Part shown: in pieces, positions 9,464 to 17,892 of the stretch
Position numbering within the stretch: position 1 is the stretch's first letter
Layout: each line of letters begins with the position of its first letter
NCBI GenBank assembly: GCA_040905565.1
Contig: JBBDRF010000018.1
Span: 1 to 51,931, forward strand
DNA length: 51,931 nucleotides
Direction: 5' to 3'
From: Phycisphaeraceae bacterium
GTDB lineage: Bacteria; Planctomycetota; Phycisphaerae; Phycisphaerales; Zrk34
The notes under the pieces: generated by a model
What the model was told of the DNA's origin: nothing
Databases searched by the model: none
Seen by the model: only the letters and a program-made list of their open reading frames with translations
Position numbers and translations under genes: made by a program

Positions 9464-9529
9464 GTCGCCTCATTGAATCAGCAGGAAATGGACCACCAGG
9501 GGCACCAAGCCCTCGGAGACGCAACGAAC

Positions 9530-9799
9530 ATGAGCATCGAGACCGAAACCAAGAACACGTTGATCGAAGACTATCGCACCCACGAAGGCGATACCGGCAG
9601 CCCCGAGGTGCAAATCGCCCTGCTGACCGAACGCATCAAAAACCTCACCGAACACCTCCGTGGCCACAAGCTCGACCACCACTCCCGTCGCGGACTCATC
9701 ATGATGGTCGGCCAGCGTAACCGCCTCCTGCGATACCTCCAGAAGCGTGATCGCCACCGCTACCTGATGCTCATTTCGCGTCTCGGGCTGCGTAAGTAA
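9530..9799 (+). CDS. rpsO: 30S ribosomal protein S15
   Basis: 89 aa from ATG 9530; [27 protein letters not shown]; upstream of pnp as usual. Confidence 0.97.
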   Translation: MSIETETKNTLIEDYRTHEGDTGSPEVQIALLTERIKNLTEHLRGHKLDHHSRRGLIMMVGQRNRLLRYLQKRDRHRYLMLISRLGLRK

Positions 9800-9973
9800 A
9801 AAATATCGCGTCCGGGTGTTTGCCCAGCGCCACGCGGACGCAGAATCTGCCGTTTATCTCGTCTGACGGGCAAACTGTCATTCATGGGGCAGGCGGCAGT
9901 GGGCACCACACATCCCCCGCCAATGGCACCACCAACCGCGCCCCACCCGCTGCGGGACAAGGTGGGGGGGTGT

Positions 9974-10075
9974 TTGATGCCGACTGTCACCTGCAACCGC
10001 CAGGTCCCCTGAAAAAGCCCGTCTTGAATCTGTCGGATTTCCCCCCTCCAAAGCTCTTCTGACAGTCGGGCTCAA
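9974..10075 (+). promoter_or_regulatory. Long-range stem in the pnp leader (candidate RNase III processing stem)
   Basis: CCGACTGTCA (9980-9989) pairs with TGACAGTCGG (10060-10069), extended by TTGA/TCAA, ending at the AAGGA SD. Confidence 0.5.
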
Positions 10076-10086
10076 GGACCTTTAGT

Positions 10087-12222
10087 ATGTCACATCTCAT
10101 CGTTGAACGCGAAATCGGCGGACGCACCTTGCGTCTGGAAACCGGAAAGTACGCCAAGCAGGCCGACGCTTCCATCCTCGCCACCTACGGCGACACCACC
10201 GTCCTCGCCGCCGTTGTCCGTGGCACCCCCCGCGAAGGCATCGACTTCTTCCCCCTCCAGGTCGATTACCGCGAGCGCCCCAGCGCCGCCGGCAAGTTCC
10301 CCGGAGGCTTCCGCAAACGCGAAGGCGCCCCCAACCAGAAAGAAATCCTCACCATGAGGATGATCGATCGCCCCGTCCGCCCGCTCTTCCCCAAGGGCCT
10401 GCTTGACGAAGTCGTCATCCAGTGCTGGGTCGAGTCCGCCGACGGCCAGAACGATCCCGACGTCATCGCAGGCGTCGCCGCTTCCGCCGCCCTCGCCATC
10501 AGCTCGCTTCCCTTCGAAGGCCCCCTCGCCACCGTCCGCGTCGGCCGCATCGAAGGGCAGTTCGCGATCAACCCCACCGCCGCTCAGATGGACTACTCCG
10601 ACATGGAGCTGGTCCTCTCCGGTCACCGCGACGGCATCAACATGATCGAAGTCGGCTGCCAGGAAACTGCGGACGAAGACATCGTCGACGCCATTAAGTT
10701 CGGCCACGAGCACATCTTCACCATCCTCGACGCCATCGACGAGCTCGTCAAAGAAACCGGCAAAGAGAAGACCGCCACGCTTCACCTGCCCCCGCAGGAG
10801 CTCGTCGACGACATGGCCGCCGCCATCACCGAGCCGCTCACCGCAGCCCGGCAGGTCGACGGCAAGCAGGCTCGCTACGAAGCGGTCAAGAAAGTCTACG
10901 AAGACTACCTCGAAGCCAATGCCCCCCTGCCCGCCGACGACGCCAGCTACGCCGACCACAAAGCCGCCACGCAGAAGCGTCGTCATCTCAAAGCTGCCTT
11001 CAGCACCATCGAAGAACAGGTCGTCCGCAGCCTCATCCTCGCCGGCACCCGCGCCGACGGACGTGGCCCCAAAGATCTCCGCGAACTCTGGGGTGAAGTC
11101 GGCGTCCTCAAACGCCCCCACGGCTCAGCCGTCTTCACACGTGGCGAAACCCAGTCGATGGTCACCTGCACGCTCGGCACCGGCCGCGATGAGCAGATCG
11201 TCGACGGCCTCGGCGAAGAGTACTCCCAGAAGTTCATGCTTCACTACAACTTCCCGCCGTTCTGCGTCGGGGAAGCCCGCCGAATCACCGGCCCCAGCCG
11301 TCGTGAGATCGGCCACGGTGCACTCGCCGAACGCTCACTCCAGGGCATCCTCCCCTCCCCCGAAGACTTCCCCTACACCATCCGCCTCGTCAGCGAGATT
11401 CTCGAGTCCAACGGCTCGTCCTCCATGGCCAGCGTCTGCGGCGGCACCCTCGCGCTCATGGACGCCGGCGTCCCCATCACCGGCACCTGTGCAGGCATCA
11501 GCGTCGGCATGATCAGCGAAGGCGGCAAACGCGTCCTCATCACCGACATCCTCGGCGAGGAAGACCACTTCGGCGATATGGACTTCAAAGTCTCCGGCAC
11601 ACGCAACGGCATCACCGGCATCCAGCTCGACCTCAAAGCGCGAGGCCTCGACTACGACCTCGTCGCCGAAACCTTCGCACAGGCCAAAGAAGGACGCCTC
11701 CAGATCATCGAGATGATCGAGTCGGTCCTCCCCGAGCCCAAGAAGGAACTCTCCGCACACGCACCCCGCCTGCTGCGGACCAAGATCGACCCCGACAAAA
11801 TCGGTCGCCTCATCGGGCCCGGCGGCAAGACCATCCGCGCCATCCAGGAAGCCACCGGCGCCACCCTCGATGTCGAAGAAGACGGCACCATCTTCATCGC
11901 CGGCACCGGCGCCAAAGCCGAAGCCGCCCTCGAAGAAGTCGAACGGCTCTGCCAGGAAGTGCAGGTCGGTAAGATCTACAACGGCCGCGTCTCCAGCATC
12001 AAAGACTTCGGCGCGTTCATCGAAGTCGTCCCCGGCCAGGACGGCCTCTGCCACATCTCCGAGCTGCACACCGGTTTCGTCGACAAGGTCGGCGACATCG
12101 TCAAGCTCAACGAAGAGGTCCGCGTCAAGGTCATCCAGATCGATGAGCAAGGCCGACTCCGCCTCAGCCGCAAGGCTGTCCTCATCGAAGAAGAGGAAAA
12201 GGATCAGCAGCCCGCAAGCTGA
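10087..12222 (+). CDS. pnp: Polyribonucleotide nucleotidyltransferase (PNPase)
   Basis: FFPLQVDY, RREIGHG, SNGSSSMASVC, GDMDFKV, then KH (IGPGGK) and S1 domains. Confidence 0.98.
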   Translation: MSHLIVEREIGGRTLRLETGKYAKQADASILATYGDTTVLAAVVRGTPREGIDFFPLQVDYRERPSAAGKFPGGFRKREGAPNQKEILTMRMIDRPVRPLFPKGLLDEVVIQCWVESADGQNDPDVIAGVAASAALAISSLPFEGPLATVRVGRIEGQFAINPTAAQMDYSDMELVLSGHRDGINMIEVGCQETADEDIVDAIKFGHEHIFTILDAIDELVKETGKEKTATLHLPPQELVDDMAAAITEPLTAARQVDGKQARYEAVKKVYEDYLEANAPLPADDASYADHKAATQKRRHLKAAFSTIEEQVVRSLILAGTRADGRGPKDLRELWGEVGVLKRPHGSAVFTRGETQSMVTCTLGTGRDEQIVDGLGEEYSQKFMLHYNFPPFCVGEARRITGPSRREIGHGALAERSLQGILPSPEDFPYTIRLVSEILESNGSSSMASVCGGTLALMDAGVPITGTCAGISVGMISEGGKRVLITDILGEEDHFGDMDFKVSGTRNGITGIQLDLKARGLDYDLVAETFAQAKEGRLQIIEMIESVLPEPKKELSAHAPRLLRTKIDPDKIGRLIGPGGKTIRAIQEATGATLDVEEDGTIFIAGTGAKAEAALEEVERLCQEVQVGKIYNGRVSSIKDFGAFIEVVPGQDGLCHISELHTGFVDKVGDIVKLNEEVRVKVIQIDEQGRLRLSRKAVLIEEEEKDQQPAS

Positions 12223-12250
12223 TCCCCCCCACCATCCCCCGCATCCAACG

Positions 12251-12286
12251 AACGCCCCCGGCCTAAAAAACCGGGGGCGTTTTTTT
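12251..12286 (+). terminator. Intrinsic terminator after pnp
   Basis: AACGCCCCCGG / CCGGGGGCGTT stem followed by a T-tract. Confidence 0.9.
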
Positions 12287-12310
12287 GTGGTTCATCATCA
12301 GACACCAAGC

Positions 12311-12347
12311 AAAAGCGGTGCTGCCTTCTGGAAGGACAGCACCGCTT
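12311..12347 (-). terminator. Terminator after the prepilin-like gene
   Basis: AAGCGGTGCTG / CAGCACCGCTT stem with TTTT on the minus strand. Confidence 0.7.
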
Positions 12348-12373
12348 GTGGTGATCCTAGATTTGCACTCTCA

Positions 12374-13147
12374 TCAATCGACCATACCCGGGACGGGGAT
12401 CTTGTAGAACCATTCGCGGTTGCCTTGGGTGGCCCCAAGTCCTATTTCCTCGCCTTGATGCCACTTGACGCTTCCGTCTTCGTGCAGGAAGTTTCCACCC
12501 GCGACCTTCTCCTGATCGCGTGCGTCGAGGTGGTTGGCGGTGGCGTTGTCTGCGTCCCAACCCCAGACGGAGCCACCTTGCGAGATCCACATATCCATCA
12601 TGATGGGGGCGAGGGAGTTCGGCCCGTCAAAGCGTGTTTTTGTCACCCAGCCTTGGGTGGGAGTGTTATCCATCCAGTTGCCGGAGTTGGCCGGAAGGTA
12701 GTTGTAGCCGAGCAGGATGTGGCCACTGGCCATCTCGTCACGCCGGCCCCATGAACTGCTGAGCGGGCAGTGAGTGACGAGGTTTTCGCCTTCCTCCATG
12801 GCATCGATATCAATCTTCAGCAGGTACTCTTCGATAAAAATGTCATAGTTGTATTCGTCGCCGAAAAAACGCGGGTGGGTCAGAAGATGCCACGGATTGT
12901 GTGTAGGAAATTTGTTGGTGTTGTCGGCGGCGAAGGCGTGTAGCGACGTGCCGAACTGCCGCAGGTTAGACGCGCAAGAAATTTTGATCGCCTCCTGGCG
13001 TGCCCGGCCAAGTGCGGGCAAAAGGATCGCCATGAGCAACGCGATGATCCCCACCACGACAAGAAGTTCGATCAGTGTAAAACCTCCGACGGTTTTCCGG
13101 TGCGAAACTTCGATTCCACGTACTCGTGTCGAGCATTGCATTCTCAT
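12374..13147 (-). CDS. Prepilin-type N-terminal cleavage/methylation protein (DUF1559/H-X9-DG-like)
   Basis: GG-FTLIELLVVVGIIALLMAILLPAL, CASNLRQ and C-terminal NH...GGNFLHEDGSV; start set to ATG 13147. Confidence 0.88.
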   Translation of the reverse strand: MRMQCSTRVRGIEVSHRKTVGGFTLIELLVVVGIIALLMAILLPALGRARQEAIKISCASNLRQFGTSLHAFAADNTNKFPTHNPWHLLTHPRFFGDEYNYDIFIEEYLLKIDIDAMEEGENLVTHCPLSSSWGRRDEMASGHILLGYNYLPANSGNWMDNTPTQGWVTKTRFDGPNSLAPIMMDMWISQGGSVWGWDADNATANHLDARDQEKVAGGNFLHEDGSVKWHQGEEIGLGATQGNREWFYKIPVPGMVD

Positions 13148-13486
13148 CGTGACTCTCTCTTTCCAAGGGATTGAAGATCTGTCGCCGACGCCGCATACGA
13201 CAGCGATCCGGCACAATTTGGTTAGAGCGACAACAGAATCCGAACGGCAAACAAAACTGAAAACTATAAACCCCCTTTAGCGTTTTGATTGTACGTGTAA
13301 GCATAGCAATAACCCGTTCTACCACCAAACCCTTTTTTTTATATTCGTTCCCGACACGTTCAGTAGGCGCGGCCTACGTTGCACCGGGTCAGGAGGCGAA
13401 GGGACAGCCGGAGCCGTAGACAGCCGCTCTGGGTTATTCTCGGTTATTCGTCTTCGTCCCCTGCGACACCCGCCCCCCGCGCATAG

Positions 13487-13516
13487 AAAAAAGGCCCCAC
13501 GCATCAACGTGGAGCC
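13487..13516 (-). terminator. Terminator after rpmB
   Basis: Minus strand GGCTCCACG-loop-CGTGGGGCC followed by TTTTTT. Confidence 0.75.
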
Positions 13517-13586
13517 CAATCATCTCTATCTGGCGAAGCTCACGGCGTACCGCCGTGGCGCCCCCACCAACACGCGCCCCCAACCC

Positions 13587-13856
13587 TTATTCCGGCTGCG
13601 CTTCGTGCTTGTAAGCGAACTTCCGCTTGAGCGGCTTGACCACCAGCCCCATCCGCATCGCCTTGGTCGAGACCTTCACACGCTGCGTCCGGCCATCAAT
13701 CACGGCGTTCACCGTCTGAAGGTTCGGCTTGAAGCTTCGCTTCGTCTTGCCCGTGATCTTCTTACCAACACCCCCAAGGTACTTGGCCTTACCGCGGTAG
13801 CGGAGGCTGCGGCCGAAGGAAGTCTTCCGTCCGGTAAAAGCGCAGACGCGTGGCAT
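13587..13856 (-). CDS. rpmB: 50S ribosomal protein L28
   Basis: MPRVCAFTGRK...TKRSFKPNLQ...VKVSTKAMR; start at ATG 13856. Confidence 0.93.
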   Translation of the reverse strand: MPRVCAFTGRKTSFGRSLRYRGKAKYLGGVGKKITGKTKRSFKPNLQTVNAVIDGRTQRVKVSTKAMRMGLVVKPLKRKFAYKHEAQPE

Positions 13857-13922
13857 AATTCGTCTCTTTCCTGCTGGCGTGATACTCAATACACCCGACC
13901 GGAGCAGCCGATCGAGCCCAAG

Positions 13923-13951
13923 AGTATACCAACCCCCCCACCAGCAGGCAA
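13923..13951 (-). promoter_or_regulatory. Sigma70-type promoter of rpmB
   Basis: Minus strand TTGCCT-17 nt-TATACT. Confidence 0.75.
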
Positions 13952-14089
13952 CCCCACCCACCTCGTCGAAAACGCTAAATATGCCTAGCCGCGAGGCTAC
14001 GCCTCGCTGGGTCCGCACTTCTCCATTGACCCTACCCCGCTCAGCAGCCGATACTCATAGAGAACCCCCGACGGTAAAGGTGGACTGCT

Positions 14090-15349
14090 GTGACCGAACG
14101 CGCGCTTGAACTTGACAGTGCTGCCCTCGAACGCATCCTCGATGTGACGCGTCAGCTATCGGCGCCGATCGAGCTGAACACCATCCTTACTGCTGTGCTG
14201 GAAGCAGCTTGCGAGGTGCTCGATGCTGAGCGGGGCACCGTGTTTCTCTACGATGCGGAGCACGATGAACTCTGCTCGAAGGTGGCGACGGGGGCGGGCG
14301 AGATCCGCTTCCCCGCCGACCGAGGCATCGCCGGCGAATGCGTGCAGGCGAGCGAAATCATCAACGTTTGCGACGCCTACGCCGATCCGCGCTTCAATCC
14401 ACAGGTCGACCGAGAGACCGGTTTCCGCACCCGCTGTCTGCTGACGGTGCCTTTGATCGGGCTCGATGAAAAGCTCGTCGGCGTGATGCAACTTCTGAAC
14501 AAACGTGAAGATGTGTTCGATCATCACGATGAACGCGTCGCCACTGCCCTGGCCTCGCAGTGTGCCGTGGCCCTGCAGCGCGCGAGGCTGATTGAGGACT
14601 ACGTCGTCAAGGAAAAACTCGAGCGCGACCTGTCCATCGCGCGTGATATTCAGCAGGGCGTGCTGCCTCGAACCATGCCAGAATTCCCGGGTTACGACAT
14701 CGCCGCCTGGGGTGAGCCAGCCGACCAGACCGGGGGCGACATCTACGATCTCTGCTTGACGCCCGACGGCAAACTGCTGGTCATGATGGCCGACGCGACG
14801 GGGCACGGGGTGGGGCCGGCGATCTCCGTAACTCAAGTGCGGGCCATGCTTCGCATCGCGCTGCGCTGCGGGGCGAACCTCGACACGCTCTTCACGCACA
14901 TCAACGAACAACTCGTCGAAGACCTGGCGGATAACCGCTTTGTCACGGCGTTCATCGGGCTGCTCGATCCGCTAAGTCATGCACTGCCCTACCATTCCGG
15001 CGGTCAGGCGCCACTGGTGCATTATCACGCCGCCGAGGATCGTTTCGATATCTTGCCCGCGTCGAGCTACCCGATGGGCATCATCGGCGGCGTGCCGCCG
15101 GTCGCGCCGGACCCGATCGCCTTCGGGCCGGGCGACATCTTCGCGCTCATCAGCGATGGTATCTTTGAAGCGCCGAACAAAGAAAACGAGCAGTTCGGCG
15201 AAGACCGGGTCCAGCAGGTGATTCGTAAGTACCGTGATGCACCGATGAAAGAGCTGGTCGTGGCGCTGCGGCAGGCCGTGGCCGAGTTCGCCGCAGCTGA
15301 CCGGCCGCAGGCGGATGACATGACGATGCTTCTTCTTAAACGTTCGTGA
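14090..15349 (+). CDS. GAF-domain SpoIIE/RsbU-type PP2C phosphatase
   Basis: GAF domain (DAYADPRFN), then GGDIYD, ADATGHG, SDGIFEA and DDMT motifs. Confidence 0.92.
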   Translation: MTERALELDSAALERILDVTRQLSAPIELNTILTAVLEAACEVLDAERGTVFLYDAEHDELCSKVATGAGEIRFPADRGIAGECVQASEIINVCDAYADPRFNPQVDRETGFRTRCLLTVPLIGLDEKLVGVMQLLNKREDVFDHHDERVATALASQCAVALQRARLIEDYVVKEKLERDLSIARDIQQGVLPRTMPEFPGYDIAAWGEPADQTGGDIYDLCLTPDGKLLVMMADATGHGVGPAISVTQVRAMLRIALRCGANLDTLFTHINEQLVEDLADNRFVTAFIGLLDPLSHALPYHSGGQAPLVHYHAAEDRFDILPASSYPMGIIGGVPPVAPDPIAFGPGDIFALISDGIFEAPNKENEQFGEDRVQQVIRKYRDAPMKELVVALRQAVAEFAAADRPQADDMTMLLLKRS

Positions 15350-15390
15350 TGCGTTCGACGTTGACAGCGAGATGCTGCTAAACTGTGGCC

Positions 15391-16062
15391 ATGCCAATCA
15401 GCCCCTCACGTGGAAAATCGATGGACGTCGGCGAGGTCGGTCGCGATGCTTCGGACCTTCCGGCGCTCGGCGACTCGCCCGAGCAGTCGCGCTTCGATGT
15501 GCGCACCTGGTTTGCGCCCGAGCTTCGCGATAACCCGCTGGAACTCGAAATTGGATCGGGTAAAGGCACTTTTTTGGTGCAACAGGCCTCGCAACAGTGC
15601 GATGTAAACTACCTGGGTATCGAGTACGCTGCTGCTTTTTGGCGCTACGCTGCGGATCGCTGCCGACGTCATAATCTACCGAATGTTCGGATGCTGCATT
15701 TTGATGCACGCACGTTTGTGACTTGGTACACGCCGGACGAGACGTTTCGGCAGGTCCATATCTACTTTCCCGACCCTTGGCCGAAGAAGCGGCACAACAA
15801 ACGGCGCTCAATCCAGGCGCCGTTCCTCCGTGAGCTTCATCGGGTGCTGACGCCGGGCGGTGCGGTGCGGATTGTGACGGACCACGACGATTATTTCGCG
15901 TGGATCCAGGAGCACGCAGCGGCGGTGAGCGATCTGTTCACGCGCGGGGACTTTGAGCGGCCGTTGGCGGCCGGCGAGGGCGAAGTGGTGGGGTCGAACT
16001 TCGAGCGCAAGTACCGCCGCGAGGGGCGGCCGTTCAACGCGATGACGCTGCATAAACGCTGA
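15391..16062 (+). CDS. trmB: tRNA (guanine-N7)-methyltransferase
   Basis: LEIGSGKG, FPDPWPKKRHNKRR, TDHDDY and FERKY; start probably ATG 15391 (leaderless). Confidence 0.95.
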   Translation: MPISPSRGKSMDVGEVGRDASDLPALGDSPEQSRFDVRTWFAPELRDNPLELEIGSGKGTFLVQQASQQCDVNYLGIEYAAAFWRYAADRCRRHNLPNVRMLHFDARTFVTWYTPDETFRQVHIYFPDPWPKKRHNKRRSIQAPFLRELHRVLTPGGAVRIVTDHDDYFAWIQEHAAAVSDLFTRGDFERPLAAGEGEVVGSNFERKYRREGRPFNAMTLHKR

Positions 16063-16119
16063 GTTTCGCCATTCCAACCATAGCGACGATGGCCGCTACG
16101 ACGCGCGCAAGTTGTTGAC

Positions 16120-16150
16120 GCACGATCGCTCCCATACGGTCGCGGCTCGT
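16120..16150 (-). repeat. Single family-A REP
   Basis: CGCTCCCATACGGTCGCGGCTCGT matches the reverse complement of family A. Confidence 0.7.
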
Positions 16151-16196
16151 GGTCAGAGATGTGGGTTGGCGTCTAGGGCCCGAAACGCTGGCAATG

Positions 16197-16232
16197 AAAA
16201 AGGCCCGATCACGGTTGCGATCGGGCCTTTTC
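16197..16232. terminator. Bidirectional terminator between trmB and the Gfo/Idh/MocA gene
   Basis: AAAAAGGCCCGATC / GATCGGGCCTTTT. Confidence 0.85.
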
Positions 16233-16260
16233 TCTTTTGTTTTCTGATTGCGGCGGGCGG

Positions 16261-17574
16261 TTACCCGGAGAGTGACCAGTCGCCGCGTGGGTTGAAGGCG
16301 AGATATTTTGCGGCTTCGTCGTCGCCGATGATCTGCTGGGACGCGGGGTTCCAGTTCAGCTTGCGGCCTGTGAACATCGAGGCGTAAGCGAGGTGACCCG
16401 GCGTGCACGAGCGGTGGGAGACCTCGGGTGGGCAGATGGTCTGCTTGCGGCTCTTGACGCAGTCGATGAAGTTGCGGTGATGGTCGTTTGATTCGTAGGC
16501 CTTGATGGGGCCACGGTCGAAGTCGTTTTGGGTCCATTCTTCGTTGGAAGCCTGGAACTTGCCGCGATCGACGAAGACCCAGCCATCGGTGCCGATGAAG
16601 CGGGTGCCCATGGGGCGCTCGGAAGTGGCGTTGGCGATGTTGGTGGTGACGCCGTTGGGATAGAGGCAGTCGATGTTGTAGGTGCGTGCGGCGTTGTCGG
16701 TGCGGCCTTCTGGCGGGAATTCGCCGGTGGCTTCGACGGTGACGGGGCCTGAATCGTCGACGCCCATGCCCCAGTGTGCGATATCGTTGTGATGGTTGAT
16801 CCAGTCCATCAGCTGGCCGCCGCCGAAGTTGAGGTTCCAGCGCCAGTTGAAGTGGAAGCGGTTGGGATCGAAGGGGATTTTTTCGGAGGGGCCGCAGTAG
16901 AAGTCGTAATCGACGTGTGAGGGGGGATCCTGCGGGGTGTGTTCGGGGCTTTGGCGTCCGGTGGGGAGGCCGACTTCGACGTGCTGGAGTTTGCCGATGA
17001 CGCCGTTCTGGACGAGCTCGACGCCCCAGCGGAAGTTGAAGGTGGAGCGCTGCTGGGAGCCGGTCTGCCAGATGCGTTTGTGCTTGGCGACGGCTTCGCA
17101 GAGGGCGACGCCTTCTTCGTGCGTGTGCGTGATGGGTTTTTCGCAGTAGACGTCTTTGCCGGCCCGAACGGCGGCGAGGGCGGTAAGCGCGTGCCAATGG
17201 TCGGGGGTGGCGATCATGACGACGTCGATATCGTCACGGGCGATGAGTTCGCGGAAGTCTTTGTAGACGGCACAATCTTCGTTGCCGTAGCGATCGTTGA
17301 CGGTCTTGGCGGCTTGTGCGGCCTGGTTGTCGTCGACATCGCAAACGGCGACGACGCGGACATCGTTGAATCCGAGGAAGCGACCCATGTTGCCCCGGCC
17401 CATTCCGCCGACGCCGATGCATCCCATGTTGAGCCGATCGGAGGGTGCGGGGTTGCCGTCGCGTCCGAGCGCTGAGGCGGGGATGAAGATCGGGGCTGCG
17501 AGAGCCGCGGCGGCTGCGCCCTGAAGAACCTGTCGACGCGAAGGATTGTGTTGGGTCATACGGACTCGCTCCAT
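16261..17574 (-). CDS. Tat-exported Gfo/Idh/MocA oxidoreductase
   Basis: SRRQVL twin-Arg leader; IGVGGMG, TPDHWH, YCEKP and GSQQRS motifs. Confidence 0.92.
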   Translation of the reverse strand: MERVRMTQHNPSRRQVLQGAAAAALAAPIFIPASALGRDGNPAPSDRLNMGCIGVGGMGRGNMGRFLGFNDVRVVAVCDVDDNQAAQAAKTVNDRYGNEDCAVYKDFRELIARDDIDVVMIATPDHWHALTALAAVRAGKDVYCEKPITHTHEEGVALCEAVAKHKRIWQTGSQQRSTFNFRWGVELVQNGVIGKLQHVEVGLPTGRQSPEHTPQDPPSHVDYDFYCGPSEKIPFDPNRFHFNWRWNLNFGGGQLMDWINHHNDIAHWGMGVDDSGPVTVEATGEFPPEGRTDNAARTYNIDCLYPNGVTTNIANATSERPMGTRFIGTDGWVFVDRGKFQASNEEWTQNDFDRGPIKAYESNDHHRNFIDCVKSRKQTICPPEVSHRSCTPGHLAYASMFTGRKLNWNPASQQIIGDDEAAKYLAFNPRGDWSLSG

Positions 17575-17732
17575 TTGGGATTAAAGAAACCTGGCCCGCG
17601 CGGATGCTGGGCGATGTGAGATTATAACCTCATAATAGGTTCGGTTAAAGATTTTTCTGGCAGATGGGGTTAAATCGGGAAAGGATGAGGCGGGTTATTG
17701 TTTTGCGGCAGGGAGGGTTTGGGGGGCCGGGG

Positions 17733-17810
17733 AATGCTCAAATGAGAATGCTCAATGCTCAAGTAAGGGGGAGCCCGGCCGTTTCGCTGCGTTCGCTGGC
17801 CGGGGCACCC
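17733..17810. repeat. Heptamer tandem repeat (AATGCTC) plus a half copy of family B
   Basis: AATGCTCAAATGAGAATGCTCAATGCTCAA then CCCGGCCGTTTCGCTGCGTTCGCTGGCCGGGGCACCC; partial family-A REP follows at 17874-17888. Confidence 0.7.
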
Positions 17811-17892
17811 GCTGGTGTGGGTTGGTGGATGCTAACCTCCCGGCGTGGATTTGGCGTTGGGCCGCCCGGTCGGTGACGGTCGCGGCTCATTG

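Noticed and set aside
13150..13350. Second riboswitch upstream of the first prepilin-like gene
   Set aside because: I found no recognisable aptamer consensus, only one hairpin.
13900..16100. oriC at the main skew flip
   Set aside because: There is no DnaA-box cluster or dnaA/dnaN/parAB gene, and the skew reverts later in the window; kept only as an unexplained skew observation.
17626..17650. dif-like CATAATAGGTTCGGTTAAAG
   Set aside because: Spacing between the arms is 4 nt rather than 6 and the XerD arm is degenerate; the region is better explained as the promoter of the Gfo/Idh/MocA gene.
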